Virus record (IMG/VR): IMGVR_UViG_3300030688_000015 | Reading direction: 5' to 3' (one strand) | Length of the DNA stretch: 64,000 nucleotides | Source: a virus | Shown: positions 1 through 9,708 of the stretch, one piece after another | Layout: each line of letters begins with the position of its first letter | How positions within the stretch are numbered: the first letter of the stretch is position 1 | The notes under the pieces: model-generated | What the model was told of the DNA's origin: nothing | The model's input: the letters and a program-made list of their open reading frames with translations, nothing else | Databases searched by the model: none | Program-made: the position numbers and the translations under genes

Positions 1-936
1 CATTTTTTATCTTTAAGAAATGAAGCTTTCAATTCAAGAGTAGAGTCTAGAGAAGTTGAAGAAAAATTTAAAGATTTGATATTAGAGAAGTATAAATTCT
101 GTAATGTAAAAAGAGAATTAGATAGAGTTTCTTTATACTTCATTGATAAAGTGATACTTAATCCAAAATTTTCTAAATTAGAAATTCTTTTAAATAGTTA
201 TATCTTAAGAATTTTTAACTTGGTAGAGTACTTAGATTATATTAAGTTTCCATTTTCTTTAGATGATTTATCAAATCCTACAGAGATTCTTTCTTTAAGT
301 CACAATTATAAGGGTTCTAGATTTAATATAGCCTACCATGTAGGCACTATAACTCCGAGTTCAGAGTATAGAACTAAGCACGAACAAGTATTTAAATATC
401 TTCAAAAATTATGCAACAGTAAGCAAGATTTAAAAAATCTAGAGGAAATTACTAACTCTGTAATTGAATTTATATCTGGAGTTTCTAAAATGCCTGGAAT
501 AGGTAAATTCATGTCCTATGAATTATTTTGCGATTGCTGTTACTCTAATTTGTTTACTTCTGATAAATTTAACATAAATTCTTATGTTAATTTAGGTCCT
601 GGAGCATTAGGAGGATTATATCATATTTATGGGAAAGAAAATTATGAAGATCTTTTTAAGAAATTATTGATTGAACTTAATTTGATTCAGAGAGATTTTA
701 ATCCTGTAAATATAAAGTATGGCAAAGTAGCATTCTCAGTTAGAGATTTAGAACATAGTCTTTGTGAATATAGAAAATACTGTCAAAAAATAGAAAACAG
801 AGGTAGAAAAATAAAATATAGACCTAAAAAAATATATGATATTTCTAGCTTAAAAAAATTCTATGATTACTGGAGAGAATACGAATTAAATTTGGATTCT
901 TTAGTACTTGATAGAAGTGGTAATATTATAATTTAA
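1..936 (+). CDS. hypothetical protein; reading frame is open to the window start, so the true start is probably upstream of position 1 (track ORF 76..936)
   Basis: ORF in frame 1 has no stop from nt 1 and continues the 76..936 track ORF. No recognisable motif. Confidence 0.45.
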   Translation, partial: HFLSLRNEAFNSRVESREVEEKFKDLILEKYKFCNVKRELDRVSLYFIDKVILNPKFSKLEILLNSYILRIFNLVEYLDYIKFPFSLDDLSNPTEILSLSHNYKGSRFNIAYHVGTITPSSEYRTKHEQVFKYLQKLCNSKQDLKNLEEITNSVIEFISGVSKMPGIGKFMSYELFCDCCYSNLFTSDKFNINSYVNLGPGALGGLYHIYGKENYEDLFKKLLIELNLIQRDFNPVNIKYGKVAFSVRDLEHSLCEYRKYCQKIENRGRKIKYRPKKIYDISSLKKFYDYWREYELNLDSLVLDRSGNIII

Positions 937-968
937 TTCATCAAATAGAAACTTTAAGGGAAATTAAT

Positions 969-2045
969 GTGAAAACTTTAAATAAAAAAATGCGTACTCC
1001 AATAGAAATTCTTAATATTGTTGGGGCAGGAGGAATAGATCCAGGTTCAGCAGTGGAGGCTTGGGGAGCTAATAGCGCAGGTAAATCTACATTTTGTTAC
1101 GAGACTATGGAAATGCACCTAGAAGACAAAGGTGAGAATGCAATGTGTCTAATTCTAGATAGCGAGTGTTCTTTTAACCCTTTGAGAGCTAGAAGTGTTT
1201 TTAATATTAGACCTTGTAACTTACCTGAAGGTATGGTAAAAGATCCAGATCCTAGAGTTTTTGTAGAACCAGCTATGACAATTGAAGCTGTTGCTAAAAC
1301 TATAGTAACTTATATAGCTAAAGCAAACTCTGAAAAGAAACAGCTTTTAGTAATTTGGGATTCAGTTTCTGTTACTGGTACGGAAAAAGATAATGCTGCA
1401 TTTATTGAAGCTATTGAAAAAAATAAGGAAGTGAATACTTTTAGTGCAGGTATGATGTTAAGACCACGTGTAATTAAAGAACAACTACGTAATGTAATGT
1501 TATCTCTTTACATGACTCCTCATGTTATTTTATTAATAAACCAAGCAGTGGTGAGTATTGGTCAGTTCATCTCTAAAGATGACTCTGCGGGAGGTCATAG
1601 TTTAAAACATAATATGCTTTATAGATTGTCTTTCAAAAAAGTAGGTACTATAGAAAGTGAATATAAGCAACCAATAGCTACTATAACTAATTTTGAGATA
1701 GTGAAAAGTAAAAACACTCCTACATTAAAGAAACAAGAGCAACTTATTTGGGATACTCTGGGTGGAAAATATGATAAAAGATGGGGAGTATTTATGGAAG
1801 CTGAGAAAATGGGAATTTATAAGAAAGATAGAACTTGTAAATTTTCAGATGAGGTCATAGCCAGATATTCTACTGTAAAAGATATAGGTGATAAAAAATT
1901 AGAAAAAACATTTATGAAAAATGATGAATTCTTTGAAATATGTAAAAAGGAAATTACAGATTACTACAGAAAAACATTCTTCATGGTTGAATGTGAATAT
2001 AAAGAATTAGAAGAAGATAAAGAAATACAGAACTTAAAGAAATAA
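969..2045 (+). CDS. RecA-superfamily recombinase (UvsX/RecA-like)
   Basis: N-terminal IVGAGGIDPGSAVEAWGANSAGKST matches the RecA-type Walker A/P-loop context (GAGG...G.ESSGKT). Size 358 aa; GTG start with AGGGA RBS. Confidence 0.6.
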   Translation: MKTLNKKMRTPIEILNIVGAGGIDPGSAVEAWGANSAGKSTFCYETMEMHLEDKGENAMCLILDSECSFNPLRARSVFNIRPCNLPEGMVKDPDPRVFVEPAMTIEAVAKTIVTYIAKANSEKKQLLVIWDSVSVTGTEKDNAAFIEAIEKNKEVNTFSAGMMLRPRVIKEQLRNVMLSLYMTPHVILLINQAVVSIGQFISKDDSAGGHSLKHNMLYRLSFKKVGTIESEYKQPIATITNFEIVKSKNTPTLKKQEQLIWDTLGGKYDKRWGVFMEAEKMGIYKKDRTCKFSDEVIARYSTVKDIGDKKLEKTFMKNDEFFEICKKEITDYYRKTFFMVECEYKELEEDKEIQNLKK

Positions 2046-2054
2046 AGGAAATAA

Positions 2055-3716
2055 ATGAAAACTTTTTCGCTAGGAAATATAAACCAACTGTATTCTGAAG
2101 TTGCACCATGGATAATGGAGAATGGTTTTGAAAAATCTGGAACTAAATCTGGAGGTTTAGTTTGTATAGAATTTACTAATCCCCAAAATAAATGGAGTCT
2201 TTCAGCTACTCGTAAAGCCAATCCTTTTGTACAAATATTTGAATATGTTTGGGTTATGGCAGGTTGCATCAACACAGATCTCTTAAAAAGGTATATACCT
2301 TCCGCTGATAATTTTGCTGATGAAATTGAAGGTGAAATGGTATGGAGAGCTGGTTATGGTAAAAGATTATTCAGTTATTCAGGTATAGATTCATTTGGAA
2401 ATGAAGTTAGAGATTTAGACCAGATACAAGCTATTATTCAAAGAATAAATAAAGATCCTTACACTAGAAGGGCTTGTGCTTCAATTTGGGACTCAGCTAA
2501 AGATTTAACTATAGAAAAAACTAAGGATACAGCTTGTAATAACTTCTTAGATTTCAAATACAGAAATGGGAAATTAGATTTAACTTTATTTGTAAGAAGT
2601 AATGACTGTTTCACTGGAGACACTAAAGTAAAGTTACTTTCTGGAAAATCAAAAACTTTAGAAGAATTAGAAAAAAATTATGAAAATGAGTATGTTTATT
2701 CTTGTAAAGAAAATGGAGAGATAATACCAGGAAAAATAAATAAAGTTTGGAAAACAAAAAAAGTTACTAAGTTAGTAAAAATAACTTTAGACAATGGAGA
2801 AACAATAAAATGTACTCCTGAACATAAGTTTATGCTTAGAGATGGCTCTTACTTAGAAGCCAAAAATTTAAATGAAACTATAAGTCTGATGCCTTTGTAT
2901 TCTGAAAGAAATAAAGATAACAGAATGACTTTTATTGATAATAAAACTGGTACTAGAAAAAAAACCTATACAATGGCAGCAAATTACTACAAAAATAATC
3001 ATTCAGAAGCTAAAGAAAGAATTGGAATCGAAGGTAATGAATATGTTATTATCCACCATCAAGATTTTGACAAAACTAACGATAATCCAGACAATCTAAT
3101 TTATATGGGAAATAATGACCATAAAATAATAAAAATTGAAGAGTTAGAGGTAGATCCTACTTGGGTTTATGATATAGAAATTAAAAATGAGGATAAAACT
3201 CATAACTTTGCTTTAGACTCTGGAATTTTTGTACACAACTGCATTTGGGGATTTTCTAATGCCAACATAGTTCTTTTTACTTCTTTATTAGAAATGGTGG
3301 CTAAGGAAACTAATTTACCTATTGGAAATTTTAATTATCTTGGTAATGATTTACATATTTATGAAAGACATTATTCAAAAATAAATTCTATGTCTTCTGA
3401 TGTTAGAAACTTAGAAGATTATCAGGATTCTTTTATTGAATATCCTTCTTATGGTGAGATTAGATCTTTATGTAAGAAAATAATGATTTTAGAAAGTTTT
3501 TTAAACAAAAAAAGTGAAGAAAGCCATGTAGAAGCTTTAGAAAATTTCTTAATTTGTAATTTATCTAGTTCGAATAAAAATTTCTTAGCTTATGCTCTAC
3601 TCCCTACATTTTGGAAGAGAGAATACTTAAATAGTATTTATCAGAAGAATTTTAAGAAAAGTTACCTTAAGTTACCTTTTACCTTACAACAATCTATAGA
3701 AATATTTGGGAAATAA
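2055..3716 (+). CDS. Thymidylate synthase (ThyA)-family enzyme interrupted by an intein (211 aa) carrying an HNH endonuclease domain
   Basis: ThyA fold motifs are DPYTRRA.ASIWD, ACNNF (catalytic Cys, PCH-like), and KLDLTLFVRSND followed, after the intein, by CIWGFSNANIVLFTSLL (equivalent to RSCD-VFLGLPFNIASYALL). The uracil-specifying Asn is retained. Extein total about 342 aa. Confidence 0.75.
   Translation: MKTFSLGNINQLYSEVAPWIMENGFEKSGTKSGGLVCIEFTNPQNKWSLSATRKANPFVQIFEYVWVMAGCINTDLLKRYIPSADNFADEIEGEMVWRAGYGKRLFSYSGIDSFGNEVRDLDQIQAIIQRINKDPYTRRACASIWDSAKDLTIEKTKDTACNNFLDFKYRNGKLDLTLFVRSNDCFTGDTKVKLLSGKSKTLEELEKNYENEYVYSCKENGEIIPGKINKVWKTKKVTKLVKITLDNGETIKCTPEHKFMLRDGSYLEAKNLNETISLMPLYSERNKDNRMTFIDNKTGTRKKTYTMAANYYKNNHSEAKERIGIEGNEYVIIHHQDFDKTNDNPDNLIYMGNNDHKIIKIEELEVDPTWVYDIEIKNEDKTHNFALDSGIFVHNCIWGFSNANIVLFTSLLEMVAKETNLPIGNFNYLGNDLHIYERHYSKINSMSSDVRNLEDYQDSFIEYPSYGEIRSLCKKIMILESFLNKKSEESHVEALENFLICNLSSSNKNFLAYALLPTFWKREYLNSIYQKNFKKSYLKLPFTLQQSIEIFGK
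2607..3239 (+). other. Intein (Hint domain with internal HNH homing-endonuclease module) inside the ThyA-family gene
   Basis: Starts with Cys immediately after RSND (CFTGDTKV... block A). Ends ...GIFVHN followed by the +1 Cys (CIWGF). Internal HHQDFDKTNDNPDNLIYMGNNDH is an HNH motif. Confidence 0.75.
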
Positions 3717-3717
3717 T

Positions 3718-6477
3718 ATGAAAATTTTAGCATGTTCTGATGTACATATTTTTGACTACAAGCAGAATGCCACATATGACTTGGATAATATTCCTAACCG
3801 ATTGAAACTTTATGAATCTTTAGCAATTGATATTATTCAATATGCAAAATATAATAACGTGGATGTTATTGTAGTAGCTGGAGATATTTCCCATTTTCCA
3901 GTAGTAAAACCTATGGTATTAAATTACTTAAGGAAATTCTTAACAATATTATCTTCTGAAAAAAATATTGATTTACTTTTAATACTCGGTCAGCATGATA
4001 TAAGCACAAAAAACAATACAGTTAATGCTGTTCATTCTGTTATAACTTCTATACTACCGGAGCAGGAAAATATTTTTTACTTTCCGGATAGTGGTTTTTA
4101 TGAATCTAAAGGTATAAAATTTTACTGTGAATCTTGGAAACCTGAACCTTCTTTTAAAGATAAAAGTGCAGATGTTTTTATAGGTCATGGTGGAGTTTTA
4201 GACTGTTTAGACTTAAGAGGAAATTTAATCAGACATGGTTTTGAAAAAAATGATCTTTTTTCAAGATATAAACTTTCCATAATAGGGGATATTCACAATT
4301 CCTCATATTTTGAACAGGAAAAAAAATTAATTCTACAACCTGGTAACTTACATTGTAACAACTATAATGACCAACCAGAATGTGGTTTTTGGACAATAGA
4401 AATAGATTCTACTGGTTTTCCAAAAAATCATAAATTTATTAATATTCACAACTTACCTCATAAAGATGAATATTATAAGTTTGTTATCTGCGATAAACCA
4501 GTAGAATCTAGTAATAAAAATCATTTTTTTACTGTAAAGAAAGTTAAAGAAAAGATTGAAACAAAGAATAAAATAGCTTATTCTAATGCTAACTTAAATG
4601 TATATGAAATGGCTTTGAATGAATTAGAGAAGCTTAAATTAAAAGACATAGAAATAGCAAAAGATATGATTTACAAATATCTTAAAAACTATATTGTAAG
4701 TTTCAAAAGCTGTTTTAAATCTAGCAAAGTTTTAAAAATAAAGGTTAGTGGTTTTATATCAATAAAAGAGTTAGAAATATCTTTTGAAGATTTAGGAAGT
4801 AACATACTAATTACAGGGATTAATGGTTCTGGGAAAACAACTCTATTGGAAGCTTTACTTTGGGGAATTACGGGAGAAGTAACAACTGACCTTCTAATAG
4901 GGGATTTAGTAAATGAAGATTATGAAACAGCTTCTGTAGAGGTTTTCTTAGAAATAGAAGGAGAACCTTATTATATTTATAGATCTACTGGTAAAAGCTC
5001 TGATTTAATCTCTAATAAAGGTTTTTCTGCTAATTTAGATACTGGCAGAGAAAATTCTAAAAGTGCAGGAAACAAAAAAATATTAGAGTATCTAGGTATT
5101 GAAAAAGAAGATATAAAAAAATATTGTTATTATTACACAAACAATTTAACATCTTTTTCAAAATTATCAGCTCCTAAGAAAGCTGAAGAAATCCTTAGAT
5201 TTTTAAATAAAGATGATCTACAGGAAATAAGAGACACCATTGATTCAGATTTAAAAGAATTAAATTTTAAAATAAAAGAATATAGCTCTAAAGTTTCTGA
5301 GCTAGAGTATAATTCTGTACGTAATAAAGACTCTATTAGGAAGTTTCAAAATTCTATTGGTTTAGATATTCCTGAAGTTCTTTCCAAAGTAAATAATATT
5401 ATTGGGAAAAATTTTGAAAATATTTTAGATCTTCAAGTTTGGTTAGAAAATCAAAGCTCAGAGTTAAATAAAAAAGATTCTGTTATTAAACAAATTAAAA
5501 GCTTAAATTCTGAAAAAACTAGAATGGAAAAAAGCCTTACTAGAAGTAAGAAAAATTTAGAAGAATTGCATTCTGAAATAAAAGAAAAAATTTCAGATTT
5601 ACAAAGAGTAGAAGAATCAGAAGTTTGTCCTACTTGTAATCGTGAGGGTTTTTCAGATATAATAGGTATTCAAAAATTAAAAAACACTATAGATTCTAAA
5701 AAAGACCAATTCAATAAATTAAAAGTTGAACACTCTTGCTTATTGAAGGAATTTTCTGAAATAAATAAAGATATTCAAATACAGGAGTTAAATTCTTCTA
5801 CAATAAATCCTAATATTGATCTTGAAACCCACGGAGTTATAATTTCTCTTTTGAATAATTGTGGAGTAGAAAATACTGATATTACTAGAGGAAAAATAGC
5901 TGTTCTGGAAGAGCAAAACCAGCAAATACAACTGGAAATTTCCCACTTAAATACTTTGCTTTTAGATGAAGAGAAAGTATTTGAGAGTTTAAAAGCTATA
6001 CATAAATTATTATCTAAAGATGGTATTGTGACTAAGCAAGTTTTAAAAACTTCAATTACAATGATAAATCAGGAACTAGAAAAGATATTAGTAAAAATAC
6101 CAGATATAGAAAGAATAGAGCTTTCCAAAGATTTAGAAATATTAATCAAATACAAGAATCAAAAAACTTTAAGAAAAATAGCAGCCTGTAGTATAGGTCA
6201 GAAGAGATTTATAGACTTAATTTTCTTAATAGTTTTTAGTAATATAGCTATTATCATAAATGGTTTAGAAGATATACCTTTAGGTTGTATAGCTTTAGAT
6301 GAAATATTTACATTCTTGGATGAAGATAAACTAGATGCTGGTTTTGATGTTTTAGAATGTAGTTTGTCTAAAAAAAGAATTGTTATAACTCACGAACCTA
6401 GAATCCAGAGTTACTTTGATACTACAATACAAGTTAGTAATAGTAAAGAAACTGGATCTGTTTATCAGGTGATTTAA
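3718..6477 (+). CDS. Single-chain Mre11/SbcD nuclease - Rad50/SbcC ATPase fusion (T4 gp47+gp46 equivalent)
   Basis: N-terminal calcineurin-like phosphoesterase motifs (ILACSDVHI, VVAGDISH, LILGQHD, GHGG, GDIHN). Downstream are Walker A (ITGINGSGKTTLLEAL), a long coiled coil with a CPTC zinc hook, ABC signature (CSIGQKRF), Walker B (IALDEIFTFLDED) and H-loop (ITHEP), all in one 920-aa frame. The ATG at 3718 directly follows the ThyA stop. Confidence 0.75.
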   Translation: MKILACSDVHIFDYKQNATYDLDNIPNRLKLYESLAIDIIQYAKYNNVDVIVVAGDISHFPVVKPMVLNYLRKFLTILSSEKNIDLLLILGQHDISTKNNTVNAVHSVITSILPEQENIFYFPDSGFYESKGIKFYCESWKPEPSFKDKSADVFIGHGGVLDCLDLRGNLIRHGFEKNDLFSRYKLSIIGDIHNSSYFEQEKKLILQPGNLHCNNYNDQPECGFWTIEIDSTGFPKNHKFINIHNLPHKDEYYKFVICDKPVESSNKNHFFTVKKVKEKIETKNKIAYSNANLNVYEMALNELEKLKLKDIEIAKDMIYKYLKNYIVSFKSCFKSSKVLKIKVSGFISIKELEISFEDLGSNILITGINGSGKTTLLEALLWGITGEVTTDLLIGDLVNEDYETASVEVFLEIEGEPYYIYRSTGKSSDLISNKGFSANLDTGRENSKSAGNKKILEYLGIEKEDIKKYCYYYTNNLTSFSKLSAPKKAEEILRFLNKDDLQEIRDTIDSDLKELNFKIKEYSSKVSELEYNSVRNKDSIRKFQNSIGLDIPEVLSKVNNIIGKNFENILDLQVWLENQSSELNKKDSVIKQIKSLNSEKTRMEKSLTRSKKNLEELHSEIKEKISDLQRVEESEVCPTCNREGFSDIIGIQKLKNTIDSKKDQFNKLKVEHSCLLKEFSEINKDIQIQELNSSTINPNIDLETHGVIISLLNNCGVENTDITRGKIAVLEEQNQQIQLEISHLNTLLLDEEKVFESLKAIHKLLSKDGIVTKQVLKTSITMINQELEKILVKIPDIERIELSKDLEILIKYKNQKTLRKIAACSIGQKRFIDLIFLIVFSNIAIIINGLEDIPLGCIALDEIFTFLDEDKLDAGFDVLECSLSKKRIVITHEPRIQSYFDTTIQVSNSKETGSVYQVI

Positions 6478-6978
6478 ATGCATAAAAATGAAGAAGTAGA
6501 TAATTTTGATAAATCTGAAGAAAAAATTACAGCTTCAGAAAGATATAAATTAGGTAAATTATACCCTGATCTTTACACTAGAGATGGTTTCCCTAGAAAA
6601 ATCTCAATTAGAAGACAACCTTTTTCATTAACTAAAGCTGAAAATCTTAATGAAAAAGAAAAGCCTAAAAGAAAATACACTAAAAATAGGAAGAAAAGAA
6701 ACTGTTTTACGATAGATAACCTTTACCTTACTAAAATGTTAGAGAAATTATATCCTTCTTTTAGAAAAGAGGATCTGTCCAGAATAATCTCAGATATCTT
6801 CTTCGAAATAAACAGCAAAGTTTCTACTGGAGAAAAAATATACTTTGAGCCTTTGGGGTTTTTTCATATTGTGCACTCTTTGAGGAGGTTTCCCAAGATA
6901 GGTTATTATAATTACTCTAGAGTATATTTCAAATCTAGTGAAGATCTTAAAAAGCAGATTAATAGAGGATTTAAATAA
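6478..6978 (+). CDS. hypothetical basic protein (possible DNA-binding)
   Basis: Lys/Arg-rich 166 aa; a segment EPLGFFHIVHSLRRFPKIG weakly resembles the HU/IHF arm. Start abuts the upstream stop (TAAATG). Confidence 0.4.
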   Translation: MHKNEEVDNFDKSEEKITASERYKLGKLYPDLYTRDGFPRKISIRRQPFSLTKAENLNEKEKPKRKYTKNRKKRNCFTIDNLYLTKMLEKLYPSFRKEDLSRIISDIFFEINSKVSTGEKIYFEPLGFFHIVHSLRRFPKIGYYNYSRVYFKSSEDLKKQINRGFK

Positions 6979-7940
6979 TGTCCTCATACAGAATAAATCC
7001 TGAAGATTTAAAGAATTTTTCTTTAAAGAAAAAAGGTTCTTCAGAAGAATCTATTTATTTTTGCCCTTATTGTGAACATGAAAAAGGTAGTAAAGATGTA
7101 AAGGGAAAATTGTACATTAATGAACTTGTGGGAAAAGGATATTGTTTTAGATGTAATTCATCTTTACATATTACTAAGATTAATGATCAAACAGAAACTA
7201 AATCCACGGATATTTTAGAAAATTCTTTAAATTTACTCCAAGATTATTTAAAATTTGAAATTTCTGAAAAAGAAAATGAAAATAAAAAGGAAAATTCCTT
7301 TGATTTATCTTTTTTTAAAGATTTAGAAAAAATTCATAAAGACTACATTTACAGCAGAGGTTTTACTGATTATCACATTCAAAAATATAATCTAAAGAGT
7401 TATATGAGTTCTATAGTAATTCCTTCATTTAATAAAGAAAAAAAAGTTAATTATGTACAACTCAGATCCGTACTTTTTAAAAGATATGAAAACACTATTT
7501 CTGAAAAACCTATATTTAACTTATATCGATCCTTAGAAGAAAATCAAGGGACTCTTTTCATAACTGAAGGAATTTTCTCTGCTATGACTATAGGAGGCTG
7601 TGCCATCTATGGTAAAAGCATTACAGACTACCAAATAAAATTACTTTCAGAATGTAGTAGAAATATAGATAGAATTGTTATCACTTTAGATGGTGGATTT
7701 TTTCTGGATACCTTTAAGTCTTATTCAAGGTTAAAAGTTTTAAATATTCCAATATACTATTGTGCTTTACCTTATGATAAAGATTTTAATGATATGGAAG
7801 CAGAAGAAATTATTTATTCTTTACAAAATAATATATTTTTGCTAGAGGATTATAAACTTAAGATACTAAGCTCCAGATTTAAAATGTATAATAAGAATTA
7901 TAAGAAATTTTATGAGGAAGTTATATTAAACTGTAAGTAA
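6978..7940 (+). CDS. DNA primase (zinc-finger + TOPRIM; T4 gp61/T7-type)
   Basis: N-terminal CPYC...CFRC zinc ribbon. TOPRIM Glu in LFITEGIFSAMTIGG and DxD-like ITLDGG. TAATG overlap with the upstream gene. Confidence 0.65.
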   Translation: MSSYRINPEDLKNFSLKKKGSSEESIYFCPYCEHEKGSKDVKGKLYINELVGKGYCFRCNSSLHITKINDQTETKSTDILENSLNLLQDYLKFEISEKENENKKENSFDLSFFKDLEKIHKDYIYSRGFTDYHIQKYNLKSYMSSIVIPSFNKEKKVNYVQLRSVLFKRYENTISEKPIFNLYRSLEENQGTLFITEGIFSAMTIGGCAIYGKSITDYQIKLLSECSRNIDRIVITLDGGFFLDTFKSYSRLKVLNIPIYYCALPYDKDFNDMEAEEIIYSLQNNIFLLEDYKLKILSSRFKMYNKNYKKFYEEVILNCK

Positions 7941-8021
7941 TATAACTGTAAATAAGAATAAACAAGTATAATTACTACTTGAATATTATACTTAAATAAG
8001 TTTTAAATTAAAAGGTTAATA

Positions 8022-8459
8022 ATGTATAAAATATCCTACACTTCAGAAGATAAGTCTTTTTTAGTTTACTCTTTAGTAAAAGATTCATACTATTATGGGG
8101 AAAAAAATTTAAGTAAGTTTATCTCAGAAGCAGAACTTATAAAAAAGGCATTGGATTTTCTTTACTGTAGTAAAGAAATAATGTATATTCCTAAAGGTAC
8201 TATTTTAAGTAACCCAGATGGAAGCACTTACGAGTTAGAAAGTTCCCAAGTTTTTGAGGAAATTCCAGAAAAGACCCCAGATGTAGGTAATTATGCTCTT
8301 AGTTTGGAAAAAGTTTCTGAGGACTTTATGGAGATAATGGACTCAGAAGGTTCTAATTACTCTTTAGATCAACTTAACTCTGCCTTTTTCTCACAGGACA
8401 CAAAATACATCTCAGAAAAAAATACTCCTTATTTTCAAAAAAGAGGCAGTTTTTTATAA
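8022..8459 (+). CDS. hypothetical protein
   Basis: 145-aa ORF with AAGG RBS-like sequence; no motif recognised. Confidence 0.45.
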   Translation: MYKISYTSEDKSFLVYSLVKDSYYYGEKNLSKFISEAELIKKALDFLYCSKEIMYIPKGTILSNPDGSTYELESSQVFEEIPEKTPDVGNYALSLEKVSEDFMEIMDSEGSNYSLDQLNSAFFSQDTKYISEKNTPYFQKRGSFL

Positions 8460-8495
8460 TATTAGAAACAAAAATTATTTTATAAAGAAGGTAAA

Positions 8496-9608
8496 ATGAA
8501 AGAAAAAATATGTTACTACCGTCAGAAAGAGTTTATGGAATATACAGGTCAGTTTAAGGAAGTAGAAAACTTATCTCTGCTCTATAGGAATTTAATTTTA
8601 GAGGAGAAAGAAGAACTTATAGATGCTATAAATAATAATAATATTGAGCTTATATTAGACTCTGTAGCGGATTTAGTTGTTGTAATATCTGGATTTTTAC
8701 TTTCTGAAGAAACAAAAAATAAATTTAGTGTAGAAAGAAGGATTAGCTCTATTCAACATAATACAGAACTAAGTAAAGTAAAAGTTATAGATTTTTTAAG
8801 CAGTAAAGTTACTTTAGAAGAAATAAACTTAGAATTTTGTTTTTTGGAATTAGAAAAGTTGCTGACTTTTTGCTATTTATTCAAAGTTAATGTTAAAAAT
8901 TTATTAAATGAAACTTATGACTCTAATTTTACTAAATTTTCTAAATTAGAAGATGGATCTTATTTAGTAAGTAGAAATTCTGAAGGTAAAATATTGAAAG
9001 ACAAGGGTTACACTCCCGCCGATTTTTGTAAATTTATAAACATAGATTTAATAGATTTCTTTCTACCTTTTCCTGATAGGACTGTAGACGTTTTTAATTT
9101 AAAATATGTTAACAGATTTTCTGGAAAATTTTCTAAAAATAGATCTACTGTGCTAGAACATACTTCAAGAGTTTCAGCATTTACAGATTTTCTTTTAGAA
9201 GTAGTTTTTAAGAACTTATCAGATAAAATTAAATTAGAATGCTATAGGTTTGCAATTTTTCATGATTCTATAGAAACTCATACAAATGATATCCCACATA
9301 CTGTAAAAGTACAGAATCCAGATTTTTACAAAGCAGTTAAAGATTTAGAAGAGAAGTTATGCCCTTATAAGATATCAAACATCGCAGCATTAATAGTTAA
9401 GTGTGCTGATGTTTTAGATTTTTGCTATGAATCAAAATTAGAAATTATTACAGGCAATATTTGTAAAGAATACTCTACAGTTTTCCCAAAAGCTTTAGTA
9501 GTTATGGAAAACTTAAAAGTTAAAAATGAAAAGTTTAAAAAAGAAATAGTTTTAGTAGAAAATATTATAAAAACCATTTTTAGCGATAAAGATTATTTAA
9601 AATTTTAA
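8496..9608 (+). CDS. HD-domain phosphohydrolase-like protein
   Basis: C-terminal half carries H...HD...D (LEHTSRV, RFAIFHDSIETH, CADVLDF), typical of HD metal-dependent phosphohydrolases. Confidence 0.45.
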   Translation: MKEKICYYRQKEFMEYTGQFKEVENLSLLYRNLILEEKEELIDAINNNNIELILDSVADLVVVISGFLLSEETKNKFSVERRISSIQHNTELSKVKVIDFLSSKVTLEEINLEFCFLELEKLLTFCYLFKVNVKNLLNETYDSNFTKFSKLEDGSYLVSRNSEGKILKDKGYTPADFCKFINIDLIDFFLPFPDRTVDVFNLKYVNRFSGKFSKNRSTVLEHTSRVSAFTDFLLEVVFKNLSDKIKLECYRFAIFHDSIETHTNDIPHTVKVQNPDFYKAVKDLEEKLCPYKISNIAALIVKCADVLDFCYESKLEIITGNICKEYSTVFPKALVVMENLKVKNEKFKKEIVLVENIIKTIFSDKDYLKF

Positions 9609-9708
9609 AACAAGAATTTAATTATAACTCTGGTTATAATAAATCGTTTTAATGGTTTTTCGAAATAAAACTGAAATTTATTAATTATTTTATGAAAGAG
9701 AAGATACA

